Under the pieces are notes generated by a model, which was given only the letters and a program-made list of their open reading frames with translations, was not told the DNA's origin and did no database searches. Shown here in pieces: positions 26,868-36,033 of a stretch of 64,000 bases of DNA. Numbering within the stretch: the stretch's first letter is position 1; every line of letters starts with the position of its first letter. Location: positions 32,001 through 96,000 of the IMG/VR virus record IMGVR_UViG_3300042539_000280. One strand, 5' to 3'. The DNA is from a virus. A program made the translations under genes and the position numbers.

Positions 26868-29800
26868 TTATCTACAATCAGGAATATATGTACCGTAAAG
26901 GTTTGTACCATCGCACCAGAATGAGAATACGTCAGTGGTTGATGCGGTAGTTGATAATGTTGGTGCTACTGCGGCAGGCCACTTGAATACCGATCCCCAT
27001 GTGGTGATGGTTTTAGAACCTACGCCATCCTGCTTACATATGAATATATAGGAGCCAGCCTTTAGATTGGTTGGGTTTGCCATTGTTCTACCGGTACCAG
27101 ATAGTGTCACGGTTGCCATTCTTGATGTTGATGCATCCCATGAGATTGTACCAGAGGCATCGGACAATGAGGTTACGGTCATTGACTGTGCGGCCAGGCC
27201 GGTATTGAATGGGGAATAGCTAGAAACCGCACCAGCAGTATCGGCATAACCAGCAGAGATTTTCTGCCAAGAACCTAAAGCATTAGCTTCATTATATCTG
27301 ATGGCAAGGTAAGGTGTGGATACGTTTCTTGGAATAGCAAGTTGCATACCATACGAACCAGCACCAGTGGCTGCATAATCGTTGCCTAATCCAATATATA
27401 AACTATAATATTGGCCGGCACCGTTTACACCAGGTCCGTTAGTTGATCCTTGAACAAATCTCCAACCAAAATTATAAGATGGTGTTGTGGCATCAAATGC
27501 TGTTCTTGTGCTGTGATTATCGCCCATGTTATTGAAAACACGGTGTTCATCGGTAATGTTATCAATAGATGCAGAGAGTGTACCACCAAGTGTCAAACTG
27601 CCTGTTGATGTTACTGTTCCTGTAAGAGTTAGTCCGGAAACCGTACCAGTGCCGGAGACAGAGGTAACACCAGATGATGTGACATAACCAGCAGATCCGG
27701 TAACAGATGTTACACGACCATAGGCATCGACTGTAATAGCGGAAATACCGGAAGAATACGATGCTGCGCCAGCACCTGCTGTTGCCAAATCAACTGTGAT
27801 TGCTGTGGTGCCGGTCGATGTAACACGTCCTGATGTACCAGAAACAGTTGCAACCTTTGTACCAGCAACCGCATTGGCAGCATTGGCCATGACACCAGCA
27901 TAGTTATTTGCTGCCGTAGTTGATGTATTGGTATAGGCGTTAGCGGCACCAGTCGAGGTATTCACATAAGCATAATCCATACCAGAAACGGCAACGTTTG
28001 ATGCGCCGGTGATGCGACCATATGCGTCTACAGTAAGAACTGGAATCTGTGTGGCGCCGCCGTATGTGGTAGCAGTTACACCAGAGGTTGAAAGGTCAAG
28101 ATAGACAGTTTCGATACCACTGACACTAACAGTATTGGCCCAAACTCTTGCCGTGCTATTACTTGTAACAGAGGAAACTTTGGTATTTGACCAATCATTA
28201 GCAGATGACACAGAAGTATTGGTATATGCTCTGGCAGTTACCAGGTTAGCATCTACAATGGTCTGTGTCCAGGCATTACCGGAGTTAGCCATTGCACCGG
28301 CATAGTTGTTAGCAGAAGTAACATCAGTATTGGTTGCAATGTCATACCAGGTAGTACCATCTTCTGTGAGAGTCCATGTATCTGAACCTTCTCTCCATAG
28401 AATGGACACATTAGCGGAAGAACCACGTTTGATTTCAATACCAGCATCTTCCGATGGTGCCACCGCAGCAGGAATATCATTATTGAGTGTAATGATACTA
28501 TCACCAATCAATAATGTCTGTGTATTGGCATAAGTTGTATTACCAGAAATGGTAAGATTGCCTTGAATAACAAAATCACCAGTAACGGTATCTCCGGCCT
28601 TCTTTAGATAAGTTGATCCTGCATATGTGTTAGCATTATTAGCAACCACGCCGGCCTGGTTAGCAGCGGCAAATGCCGCATTGGCAATAACACCTGCTTG
28701 GTTGGCAGCACCAAAGGCACCATTCGCAACAGTACCAGCACCATTGGCCATTACACCAGCATAGTTATTAGATGATGTTCCAACGACTCCTGCATAAGCA
28801 TTGGCACCAATACCTGTGTTATAAGCCAAGACGTTTGCGGAGTTGGCCTTATCAAAGGCAGCATTGGCAACAGTATAGGCGTCATTAGCCTTATTGAAAG
28901 GAGGAGATAAGTCTGGTGTCAGTGAAGAAGCATAAGCATTGGCGGCGTTTGCCATGACGCCGGCATAATTGTTAGCAGAAACGGCAGTATTTGCTAAATC
29001 GCTTGATACTGTGTTTGCCTTATCAAATGCTGCATTAGCAACCACATAACCAGCATTTGAAGAAGTATATGCGGCATTTATAACACCAAAGGCACTGTTG
29101 ACTGCTGCATAAGTTGTATTGGAGTGACCAAAGGCAGCAACAGCATTTGTAGCAGGCCCTGTGTTATTTTCATTGACATTTTCAAATCTACCGTTAGCGG
29201 AAACATAACGAATCAAATCGCCGTTAGTAAGTGATCCGTTGAAGTGTGCTAATTCGTCGTCAGCAAGTGATGAACCACGCTGAACCGCAGCAAAGATCAT
29301 GCCTACTGTGGAAGACTTAGTAATAACAGTACCAATTTGCACTTTATTGTTTGGAGCAGTTGGTTTGGTATTCTGTAATGCACCAGGATTTGATGAACTT
29401 ACATAAAGGATATCACCTTCACTAAACATACTGGTATCGATCTTACGAACTTTACCAAATGTTGTGACAAAACCTTCTTCGCCGTTCGGAATATCTTCTG
29501 TAGCAATACCAAGAATATACTTAGAGTCATATGAGTTATTAGCAATGGCACGACGGACAGTTAGTTTACCAGAATTTCCTACTGTAGAAAGATACGCAAC
29601 TGCATTGGAATTGTAAATAGTTTCCCCGGACTGATTCAATACTCTATAGTATTGCTCTTGACCAAGTTGCAATATAGACTCACCTGTACCAACATCAAGT
29701 GTTTTGTCGTCTGGATTCCAAGTTACTTGGCCTTCTACAACCTGACCGTTAGCAGCAGTTAGAGAAGTTGTGTCAAAGAAAATACTATTGACACCTGCAA

Positions 29801-30632
29801 GGTTATCCCTAATGTTTAGTGTACCGTCGAATATAACACCATCGGTATTAGCAAGTTTGGTGTTTGCCCATCCATTAGCAGAGTTGGACATAACACCAGC
29901 ATAGTTATTGGATGCCTGTGTAGAAACGTCCGTATAAGCATTAGCACCAATACCGGTATTATATGCAAGTAAATTGGCAGCATTGGCCTTATAATATGCT
30001 GCATTAGCAGTATCATATGACGACTCAATGAATAGAATATCGTTGGAAAGATTAGCACGATCAAATGCTGCCTGGGCTAATGTTAGAGTTGCATTAGCAT
30101 TTGTATATGCTGAATTTGCTACGGTATATGCAGCATTGGCAGTATTGAAAGCAGGTGATAAATCTGGTGTCAGTGAAGATGCATAAGCATTGGCAGAATT
30201 TGCCATCGCACCGGCATAGTTATTTGCGGCAGTAGTAGAAACATCCGCATATGCATTAGCACCAATACCTGTATTATAAGCAAGGACATTAGCAGAGTTG
30301 GCTTTATCAAAAGCAGGTTTTAGATTAGCAGTAATAGTAAAAGAATCGGTAAAAATATCGGCAGATAATTCAATATTATCACCTTTATCAATAGTAAGAT
30401 AGTCACCCGAGGTATCAGCAACGAGTAGTGATCCGGCGACGTTTACTACGCCAAAACTATCAGCACCTCCGCCGCCGCCACCTCCGCCAGCAACTTGGAC
30501 GATATGTGAGGTTAGATTTTTATAATAAAGTTTACCATCCGCATAGTTGATGGCAAGTTCACCATATTCTAGCGTAGATGGAACTTCATTAGGTGTAGAT
30601 GATTTCTTGAGTTTGATTACTGTGTTTGCCAT
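26868..30632 (-). CDS. Long tail fibre protein (1254 aa)
   Basis: IKLKKSS...LEYGELAINYADGKLYYK N-terminal domain; AFxxAN heptads; TVDAYGRIT repeats; C-terminal QDGVGSKT..W domain. Confidence 0.85.
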   Translation of the reverse strand: MANTVIKLKKSSTPNEVPSTLEYGELAINYADGKLYYKNLTSHIVQVAGGGGGGGGADSFGVVNVAGSLLVADTSGDYLTIDKGDNIELSADIFTDSFTITANLKPAFDKANSANVLAYNTGIGANAYADVSTTAANNYAGAMANSANAYASSLTPDLSPAFNTANAAYTVANSAYTNANATLTLAQAAFDRANLSNDILFIESSYDTANAAYYKANAANLLAYNTGIGANAYTDVSTQASNNYAGVMSNSANGWANTKLANTDGVIFDGTLNIRDNLAGVNSIFFDTTSLTAANGQVVEGQVTWNPDDKTLDVGTGESILQLGQEQYYRVLNQSGETIYNSNAVAYLSTVGNSGKLTVRRAIANNSYDSKYILGIATEDIPNGEEGFVTTFGKVRKIDTSMFSEGDILYVSSSNPGALQNTKPTAPNNKVQIGTVITKSSTVGMIFAAVQRGSSLADDELAHFNGSLTNGDLIRYVSANGRFENVNENNTGPATNAVAAFGHSNTTYAAVNSAFGVINAAYTSSNAGYVVANAAFDKANTVSSDLANTAVSANNYAGVMANAANAYASSLTPDLSPPFNKANDAYTVANAAFDKANSANVLAYNTGIGANAYAGVVGTSSNNYAGVMANGAGTVANGAFGAANQAGVIANAAFAAANQAGVVANNANTYAGSTYLKKAGDTVTGDFVIQGNLTISGNTTYANTQTLLIGDSIITLNNDIPAAVAPSEDAGIEIKRGSSANVSILWREGSDTWTLTEDGTTWYDIATNTDVTSANNYAGAMANSGNAWTQTIVDANLVTARAYTNTSVSSANDWSNTKVSSVTSNSTARVWANTVSVSGIETVYLDLSTSGVTATTYGGATQIPVLTVDAYGRITGASNVAVSGMDYAYVNTSTGAANAYTNTSTTAANNYAGVMANAANAVAGTKVATVSGTSGRVTSTGTTAITVDLATAGAGAASYSSGISAITVDAYGRVTSVTGSAGYVTSSGVTSVSGTGTVSGLTLTGTVTSTGSLTLGGTLSASIDNITDEHRVFNNMGDNHSTRTAFDATTPSYNFGWRFVQGSTNGPGVNGAGQYYSLYIGLGNDYAATGAGSYGMQLAIPRNVSTPYLAIRYNEANALGSWQKISAGYADTAGAVSSYSPFNTGLAAQSMTVTSLSDASGTISWDASTSRMATVTLSGTGRTMANPTNLKAGSYIFICKQDGVGSKTITTWGSVFKWPAAVAPTLSTTASTTDVFSFWCDGTNLYGTYIPDCR

Positions 30633-31195
30633 TAAAAGTCGTCATTCTCGTCTTCCGGCTGATCATTTGCCACAGGAGCATTTTCAACCTCGGTTGTCTT
30701 TTTCTTATTTATAACTTTTTTAGGAGGCGGAATTAGTTGTGTGAGTTTGACGATTTCGGCCTCCTTTTCAGAAAGTCGGCCTGTCATAGTGGCATTTTCT
30801 AATTTTAGTTTTTCAGTCTCATTTTTCAGATTTTGAAGTTCATTCTTTAGAGTATCATATTCATTGTTCTTAGTCAACAATGCTTGTTTAATTTCATTCA
30901 TCTGTGAGGTCAAAGCATCCATATGTGAGACTTTATTTTTTATAGCCTCATATGATGCCTTTATATTATCTGCTTCCTCAACACTTTTCTCAACACTTTT
31001 GGTTAGTCCCGACGCCGTATTCTTACATTCGTCCAACTGCTCCTGGAGGGATGCTATCAAAGCATCCTTCTCAGGAACAATTTCTGTAGCGAGTCTTAGT
31101 TGAGTTCTCAACTGTAATATTGTTGACACTTGATCGTGGATCATACCCATTGCATGATCAACATATGCATTTATATACTTTTGTGGGTCACTCAT
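30632..31195 (-). CDS. Coiled-coil protein in the fibre cluster (possible chaperone)
   Basis: Heptad-rich 187-aa ORF. Confidence 0.65.
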   Translation of the reverse strand: MSDPQKYINAYVDHAMGMIHDQVSTILQLRTQLRLATEIVPEKDALIASLQEQLDECKNTASGLTKSVEKSVEEADNIKASYEAIKNKVSHMDALTSQMNEIKQALLTKNNEYDTLKNELQNLKNETEKLKLENATMTGRLSEKEAEIVKLTQLIPPPKKVINKKKTTEVENAPVANDQPEDENDDF

Positions 31196-31218
31196 ATTCT
31201 AATTCTCCAATATTACTG

Positions 31219-32427
31219 TTAGAAATTACCTCCGTCGAGCATTCCAAACTGTGGAACACCAGAACTATTCACTTGTAAGACATTACCTTCGGTACCAGCG
31301 GCGGTAACCTTTAGATCACCCGATGTATTACCGAATAGGATACCGTTTTCGGTGAATGAAGTCTGACCTGTGCCGCCGTATGGGACTTTGACTACGCCGG
31401 TGCTGATATAAGAACCATTAGCAGCATTTGTATTAGCGGCACCGCCAACAACATCAGCATATGCATTGGCCGATGTTCCTACGGAGTTAGCAAATACTCT
31501 TGTATAAGCATTAGCAGAGTCACCAACTACCTGTGCATATGCATTACCGGATGAACCGACAACTACTGCATAAGCATTGGCCGCTGCTCCAACAAAATCA
31601 GCGTAAGCATTGCCTGACTGTCCTACTGTTACAGCATAAGCATTGGCCGCATTTGCCATGAATCCTGCATAATTATTTGCTGATGATCCAACCGAGTCTG
31701 CATAACCATTTGCAGAGTTGGCCATAACACCGGCATAACTATTTGCAGAAGTTGTAGCTGTCTCAACATCTGTATTGGATGCGATATTTAGATAGGTAGA
31801 ACCGTCATTTGTAAAGGTCCACTTTTCTGATGTTTCATTCCATAGAACAGAAACGTTAGCGGATGAACCACGATTGATTTCCATACCTGCATCTTGTGTA
31901 GGTGCTGTAGCACCATCAAGATCGGAATTTAGAACAAAGATATTATCGCTAACAAGTAGTGACTGGGTATTGACATATGTAGTCGTGCCAGTAACAGTTA
32001 GGTTAGCGGTAATGTTTAGATCACCAGTTAGTGTGCCGCCTGTAAATGGTAGATATGTGCTAGATGCATAAGCATTAGCAGAATTGACCATTTCGCCAGC
32101 ATAATTATTAGCAGCAATTGCCGTATTGGCAAGATCAGATGCTACTGTATTTGCTTTATTATATGCAGCATTAGCCTGTGAGTAGGCATCGTTGGCAACC
32201 AATGATGAATTGGCGGCCGCAAACGCAGCATTAGCAACGTTAAAAATTGTGTTTTGCTGATCTACATAAAACTTACCGCCAATGGCAATAACGCCAGTGC
32301 CGGTTGAATCACCGATAAAGAGTTTATCGGATAAAAATGAATACGCCTGTTCGGCAGCAGATAGTGAACCACCTGATGGTGTAGATGTTGTCGAACTTCT
32401 TTTGATTTGAATTGTTGTATTAGACAT
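31219..32427 (-). CDS. Tail fibre segment protein
   Basis: IQIKRSS N-terminal domain; ANAYA repeats; V..GGTG motif; ends LDGGNF. Confidence 0.8.
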   Translation of the reverse strand: MSNTTIQIKRSSTTSTPSGGSLSAAEQAYSFLSDKLFIGDSTGTGVIAIGGKFYVDQQNTIFNVANAAFAAANSSLVANDAYSQANAAYNKANTVASDLANTAIAANNYAGEMVNSANAYASSTYLPFTGGTLTGDLNITANLTVTGTTTYVNTQSLLVSDNIFVLNSDLDGATAPTQDAGMEINRGSSANVSVLWNETSEKWTFTNDGSTYLNIASNTDVETATTSANSYAGVMANSANGYADSVGSSANNYAGFMANAANAYAVTVGQSGNAYADFVGAAANAYAVVVGSSGNAYAQVVGDSANAYTRVFANSVGTSANAYADVVGGAANTNAANGSYISTGVVKVPYGGTGQTSFTENGILFGNTSGDLKVTAAGTEGNVLQVNSSGVPQFGMLDGGNF

Positions 32428-32430
32428 GAC

Positions 32431-32643
32431 TTAAAATTCTCCTCCGTTTATGATGGGCAATTCTTCAACTACAAATTTACCACTTGCTGCATCATAAACT
32501 ACTGTTTCTTTATCGTCGGCATCAGAGGCATCCACGTCTTTCAACTGCGTAAAATTTTGAACTCCTCCTCCACCCCCTGTTCCATTGAAGGTATTTATCA
32601 AAATTCGATTCTTAGGGGTCGAAGTGACTACTATCTTGGCCAT
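32431..32643 (-). CDS. Small virion adaptor protein
   Basis: L.DVD.......VVYDA.SGKF motif; ends INGGEF. Confidence 0.65.
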   Translation of the reverse strand: MAKIVVTSTPKNRILINTFNGTGGGGGVQNFTQLKDVDASDADDKETVVYDAASGKFVVEELPIINGGEF

Positions 32644-32648
32644 TTGAT

Positions 32649-32990
32649 TTACCTTGTGATAGATGGTGTAACAAACATTACACCTTCAATAAGTCTTGCT
32701 CTGATTCCTGTAAGTGTGTCATTAGTCTTTACATCAAAGAAATAAGTTCCTGCTGGAATATTAGCCGTATTTCCTGCATCTAATTCAACAAAAATTTCAC
32801 CAGTATTGGCCTGAGGAATCGTGCAAACCAAACTTGCTGTAGCATTTATTGAAAGTATAGACTTTCTGATCTGTGCGGTTACAATGTAACCTGCAAGATT
32901 TTGTGCTTCGTTATTATTTTCTTCGTTGAGTTGGATCGTGGTGCTAAAATCAGCACCTTGATCCATGTATAGTTCTATGTATTCTGCCAT
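32649..32990 (-). CDS. Small Ig-like / BppU-like fibre attachment protein
   Basis: L.MDQGADF, L.GY...AQIRKS, T..I.AG.Y.FDV, R.IEG...VTP.ITR. Confidence 0.7.
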   Translation of the reverse strand: MAEYIELYMDQGADFSTTIQLNEENNNEAQNLAGYIVTAQIRKSILSINATASLVCTIPQANTGEIFVELDAGNTANIPAGTYFFDVKTNDTLTGIRARLIEGVMFVTPSITR

Positions 32991-32996
32991 TTTACC

Positions 32997-35045
32997 TTAC
33001 TTTACGTCTGGAAGCCATGAACCATAAAGATTGGTACCGTCACTCACAAATGATATAACGTCTCTGGCACCTGGTGTAGAGGTTAGTTCTGGTGACACAC
33101 CAGCAACCCATTTATAAACGCCGGCCGAAGCAAAGTCTAGTGTTCTACCTCCGACACCATCCTGGATCACATGGAGAATATAGGTACCAACTCTTAGATT
33201 AGAAGGAGCACCCATAACACGATTACCGGAAAGTGTAACAGTAGCAATTGAACCTAATGCGGCATTCCAATTGACAGTAGCAGCATCGGTCAATGTCTGT
33301 GATAGCATATTGGCATTGAATGTTACTGTACCTGTAAACGTTGGACTTGAAATAGATGGTGATGCCTTAGGTGCATACGTTGCCGTTGCATAGGCATTAG
33401 CGGAGTTTGCCATGACACCAGCATAGTTGTTTGCTGATGTAGGAGCGGTACTGACAGCATATCCTGTTAGGGTTGTTGTTAGTGATGTAGAGGTAACATA
33501 TGTTGCTGATGTATAGTTATTGGTAGAAACACCTACAGATGATGCGTAGAGATTAGCAGCAACACCTACTGATGATGCATAACCATTAGCACCTGTGGCA
33601 ACGTTATTTGCCTTTAGGAAGGCAGCGGTAGTATTAGCAGCAATACCGTCTGCATATGTATTTGATGTAATATAAGTTGTTATAGCATTTCTGGTATTAT
33701 CGGTAAATGCCCAACCTTGTGCGGTTTCTATCCAAATGATTGAAGCATTACCTTTATTACCACGATTGATTTCAATACCGGCATTTTCTGTTGCTGTAAC
33801 AGTATTCGGAATATCAGCATTTAGAACGATAATATTATCACCAACCATTAGGTTAGCGGTATTGACATATGTAGTTGAACCAGAAACAGTTAGATTACCA
33901 CCAATTACTAGATCGTTGGTAATTGTTCCACCGGATTTAGCCAAGAATGTTGCTGTAGCATAACCATTGGCCGAGTTGGCCATGACACCGGCATAATTAT
34001 TGGCAGCACCAGTGGATGTATTGGTATATGCTCTTGAAACTATTAGATTAGCATCAACAATGGTCTGTGCAAATGCATTACCAGAGTTAGCCATTGAACC
34101 CGCATAATTATTACCAGAGTTGGCCATTGAACCAGCATAATTATTTGCTGCGGTTGCTGTATTTGCTAGGTTATTGGAAGTTGCATTAGCAAGTGCAAAA
34201 GCGGAATTGAGAACAACATATGCGGCCGATAATCTAACATTATCGGTATTTGACTGAATATATGCAGCATTGGTAACGTCAAAAGCATTATTTTGAGCAT
34301 ACCAGTTATCTTGCAAATAAATTACGGTATTGGCAGTATCACCACCAAGTGTCTGTGCAAGACCGTAGGCATCATTTGCCTTATTTCTTGCGGTGTTTGC
34401 CTGAGTATAAGCCGCATTAGCAACCACATATCCGGCATTTTGTGAAACATATGCTGCCGATAGTCTAACGTTATCGGTATTGGATTGCTCAAATGCTGCA
34501 TTAGTAACGGCAAAATTAGAATTGCCTCTTGTAAATGCCGAATTGGTAACAGTGAAATTGGTATTGACCATATCCCATGCGGCATTGACAACCACATAAG
34601 CGGCGTTCAATGAGACATAAGCACCAGATAGTCGAACGTTGTCGGTATTGGACTGTGTAAATACCGAATTTGTTAGAACGTAGTTAGCATTTCCAGATGT
34701 ATATGATGCATTAGTTACGGTATAATTGGCATTTGTTCTTGTATATGCATCATTAGCAATATCGAATCCAACATTGGCAACAATATATGCAGAATTTAGA
34801 GAATCATAAGCACCGGTTAGTCTTACATTGTCGGTATTGGACTGGGTGAAGGCAGCATTGAGAACAACATATGCGGCCGATAATCTAACATTATCGGTAT
34901 TTGATTGTGTATAAACAGCATTAGTTGTATCAAAGACCAAGTTCATCTTCAATTCTTGTTCATTCATATAAAGAATGACTTGGTTAGTCTTTAATCTCCA
35001 TTGATCAAAGGTATCTGTGAGTGCTACATTTGATGAAATGCCCAT
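32997..35045 (-). CDS. Tail fibre protein (682 aa)
   Basis: DTFDQWRLKTN N-terminus; QSNTDNVRL repeats; shares its C-terminal domain with the 1254-aa fibre. Confidence 0.82.
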   Translation of the reverse strand: MGISSNVALTDTFDQWRLKTNQVILYMNEQELKMNLVFDTTNAVYTQSNTDNVRLSAAYVVLNAAFTQSNTDNVRLTGAYDSLNSAYIVANVGFDIANDAYTRTNANYTVTNASYTSGNANYVLTNSVFTQSNTDNVRLSGAYVSLNAAYVVVNAAWDMVNTNFTVTNSAFTRGNSNFAVTNAAFEQSNTDNVRLSAAYVSQNAGYVVANAAYTQANTARNKANDAYGLAQTLGGDTANTVIYLQDNWYAQNNAFDVTNAAYIQSNTDNVRLSAAYVVLNSAFALANATSNNLANTATAANNYAGSMANSGNNYAGSMANSGNAFAQTIVDANLIVSRAYTNTSTGAANNYAGVMANSANGYATATFLAKSGGTITNDLVIGGNLTVSGSTTYVNTANLMVGDNIIVLNADIPNTVTATENAGIEINRGNKGNASIIWIETAQGWAFTDNTRNAITTYITSNTYADGIAANTTAAFLKANNVATGANGYASSVGVAANLYASSVGVSTNNYTSATYVTSTSLTTTLTGYAVSTAPTSANNYAGVMANSANAYATATYAPKASPSISSPTFTGTVTFNANMLSQTLTDAATVNWNAALGSIATVTLSGNRVMGAPSNLRVGTYILHVIQDGVGGRTLDFASAGVYKWVAGVSPELTSTPGARDVISFVSDGTNLYGSWLPDVK
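34215..34910. repeat. Five dispersed intragenic repeats encoding QSNTDNVRL(S/T)(A/G)AY
   Basis: Near-identical DNA copies, e.g. ATATGCGGCCGATAATCTAACATTATCGGTATTTGA at about 34219 and 34870. Confidence 0.85.
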
Positions 35046-35252
35046 TTACTTTACCAGTCCTTTTAGTAGTTCTTTTATCTCTTGCATGTCATTCTTTATA
35101 GAAGATACTTCTTCTCTCAACTCTATAAGTTCTCTGTCTTTTTGCTTACGAGCCTTATATGCTTCTAAAGCGGTATTATCCTTATTTATAAGAAATCCTT
35201 CCGGGCTTCTATAAAGACCACCAACATCGGTTTTGATATCTTTATGTTCCAC
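35046..35252 (-). CDS. Small conserved coiled-coil protein
   Basis: GLYR......IN.D....Y..RK...L..EV..IK.D..EIK.LL..L. Confidence 0.7.
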   Translation of the reverse strand: MEHKDIKTDVGGLYRSPEGFLINKDNTALEAYKARKQKDRELIELREEVSSIKNDMQEIKELLKGLVK

Positions 35253-36024
35253 TTCTACATCCTACCTTTCCGGAAAGAATTTCCATGAGTACCTGCCTCT
35301 CATTGAAATTCAAAACTTCTTCTTCAATGTCTTTACAACCATGAAAGTCCGAGGTAAATCTTATAATTTTTACCCATGAATCGACCTTTTCAGGATCATA
35401 ATTCATCATTCGCATACATTTTCTTCCAACCTTCTCAATAAAGAATGGAGGAATAACAAGACATCCTAGACATACATGATTGTCTGTTATTGTAATACTG
35501 TATTCAAATCCTAAAAGAACAAGTGGTTTTCTTGTAACCTTACAGGTAGCATATATCTTGATCGAATCAAAGATATCAGCATTACCACAAATATTTGCTC
35601 TTTCGAAAATCTCTGCATTGTTTCTTATAATAGCATTATCATAAACAGTAGCATGATCGTGTATTAGAGCATGATCGGTTACAGTGGCATTTCCATATAC
35701 CTGGGCCTGACCACATACTCTTGCATTACCATATACTTGTGCGTTACCGTATACCTGCGCCTGCGTATAAACTTTGGCATTACCATATACATAAGCATTG
35801 CCAAATACTCTGGCATAATCGTTGATGAAAGAATTTTCAGCAACCTTGGCATTACCAAAAACGGACGCATATGGTCCGACATAACAGGTTTCTTCTACTT
35901 GTGCGGTGTCCGCTACCCATCCACCACCTTTTGGGTGGCGATGGGCAGGAACTGGACCGTTACCATCATTGAAATCTACACCTTCGACCTTTTCGAGGTC
36001 ATCCATACTAAAACTAAATTCCAT
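35242..36024 (-). CDS. Hexapeptide-repeat (left-handed beta-helix) protein
   Basis: VFGNAK / VYGNAK / VYGNAQ / VYGNAR repeats. Confidence 0.8.
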   Translation of the reverse strand: MEFSFSMDDLEKVEGVDFNDGNGPVPAHRHPKGGGWVADTAQVEETCYVGPYASVFGNAKVAENSFINDYARVFGNAYVYGNAKVYTQAQVYGNAQVYGNARVCGQAQVYGNATVTDHALIHDHATVYDNAIIRNNAEIFERANICGNADIFDSIKIYATCKVTRKPLVLLGFEYSITITDNHVCLGCLVIPPFFIEKVGRKCMRMMNYDPEKVDSWVKIIRFTSDFHGCKDIEEEVLNFNERQVLMEILSGKVGCRSGT

Positions 36025-36033
36025 GATGACTCC

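Noticed and set aside
34215-34910. Roughly 36-bp repeats separated by variable sequence, superficially CRISPR-like
   Set aside because: In-frame coding repeats within a fibre gene; irregular spacing, degenerate at third codon positions, no cas genes
26868-35045. Possible diversity-generating retroelement or invertible tail-fibre switch
   Set aside because: No reverse transcriptase or invertase in the window; no adenine-specific TR/VR pair or inverted cassette seen; the shared C-terminal domains differ at all base types
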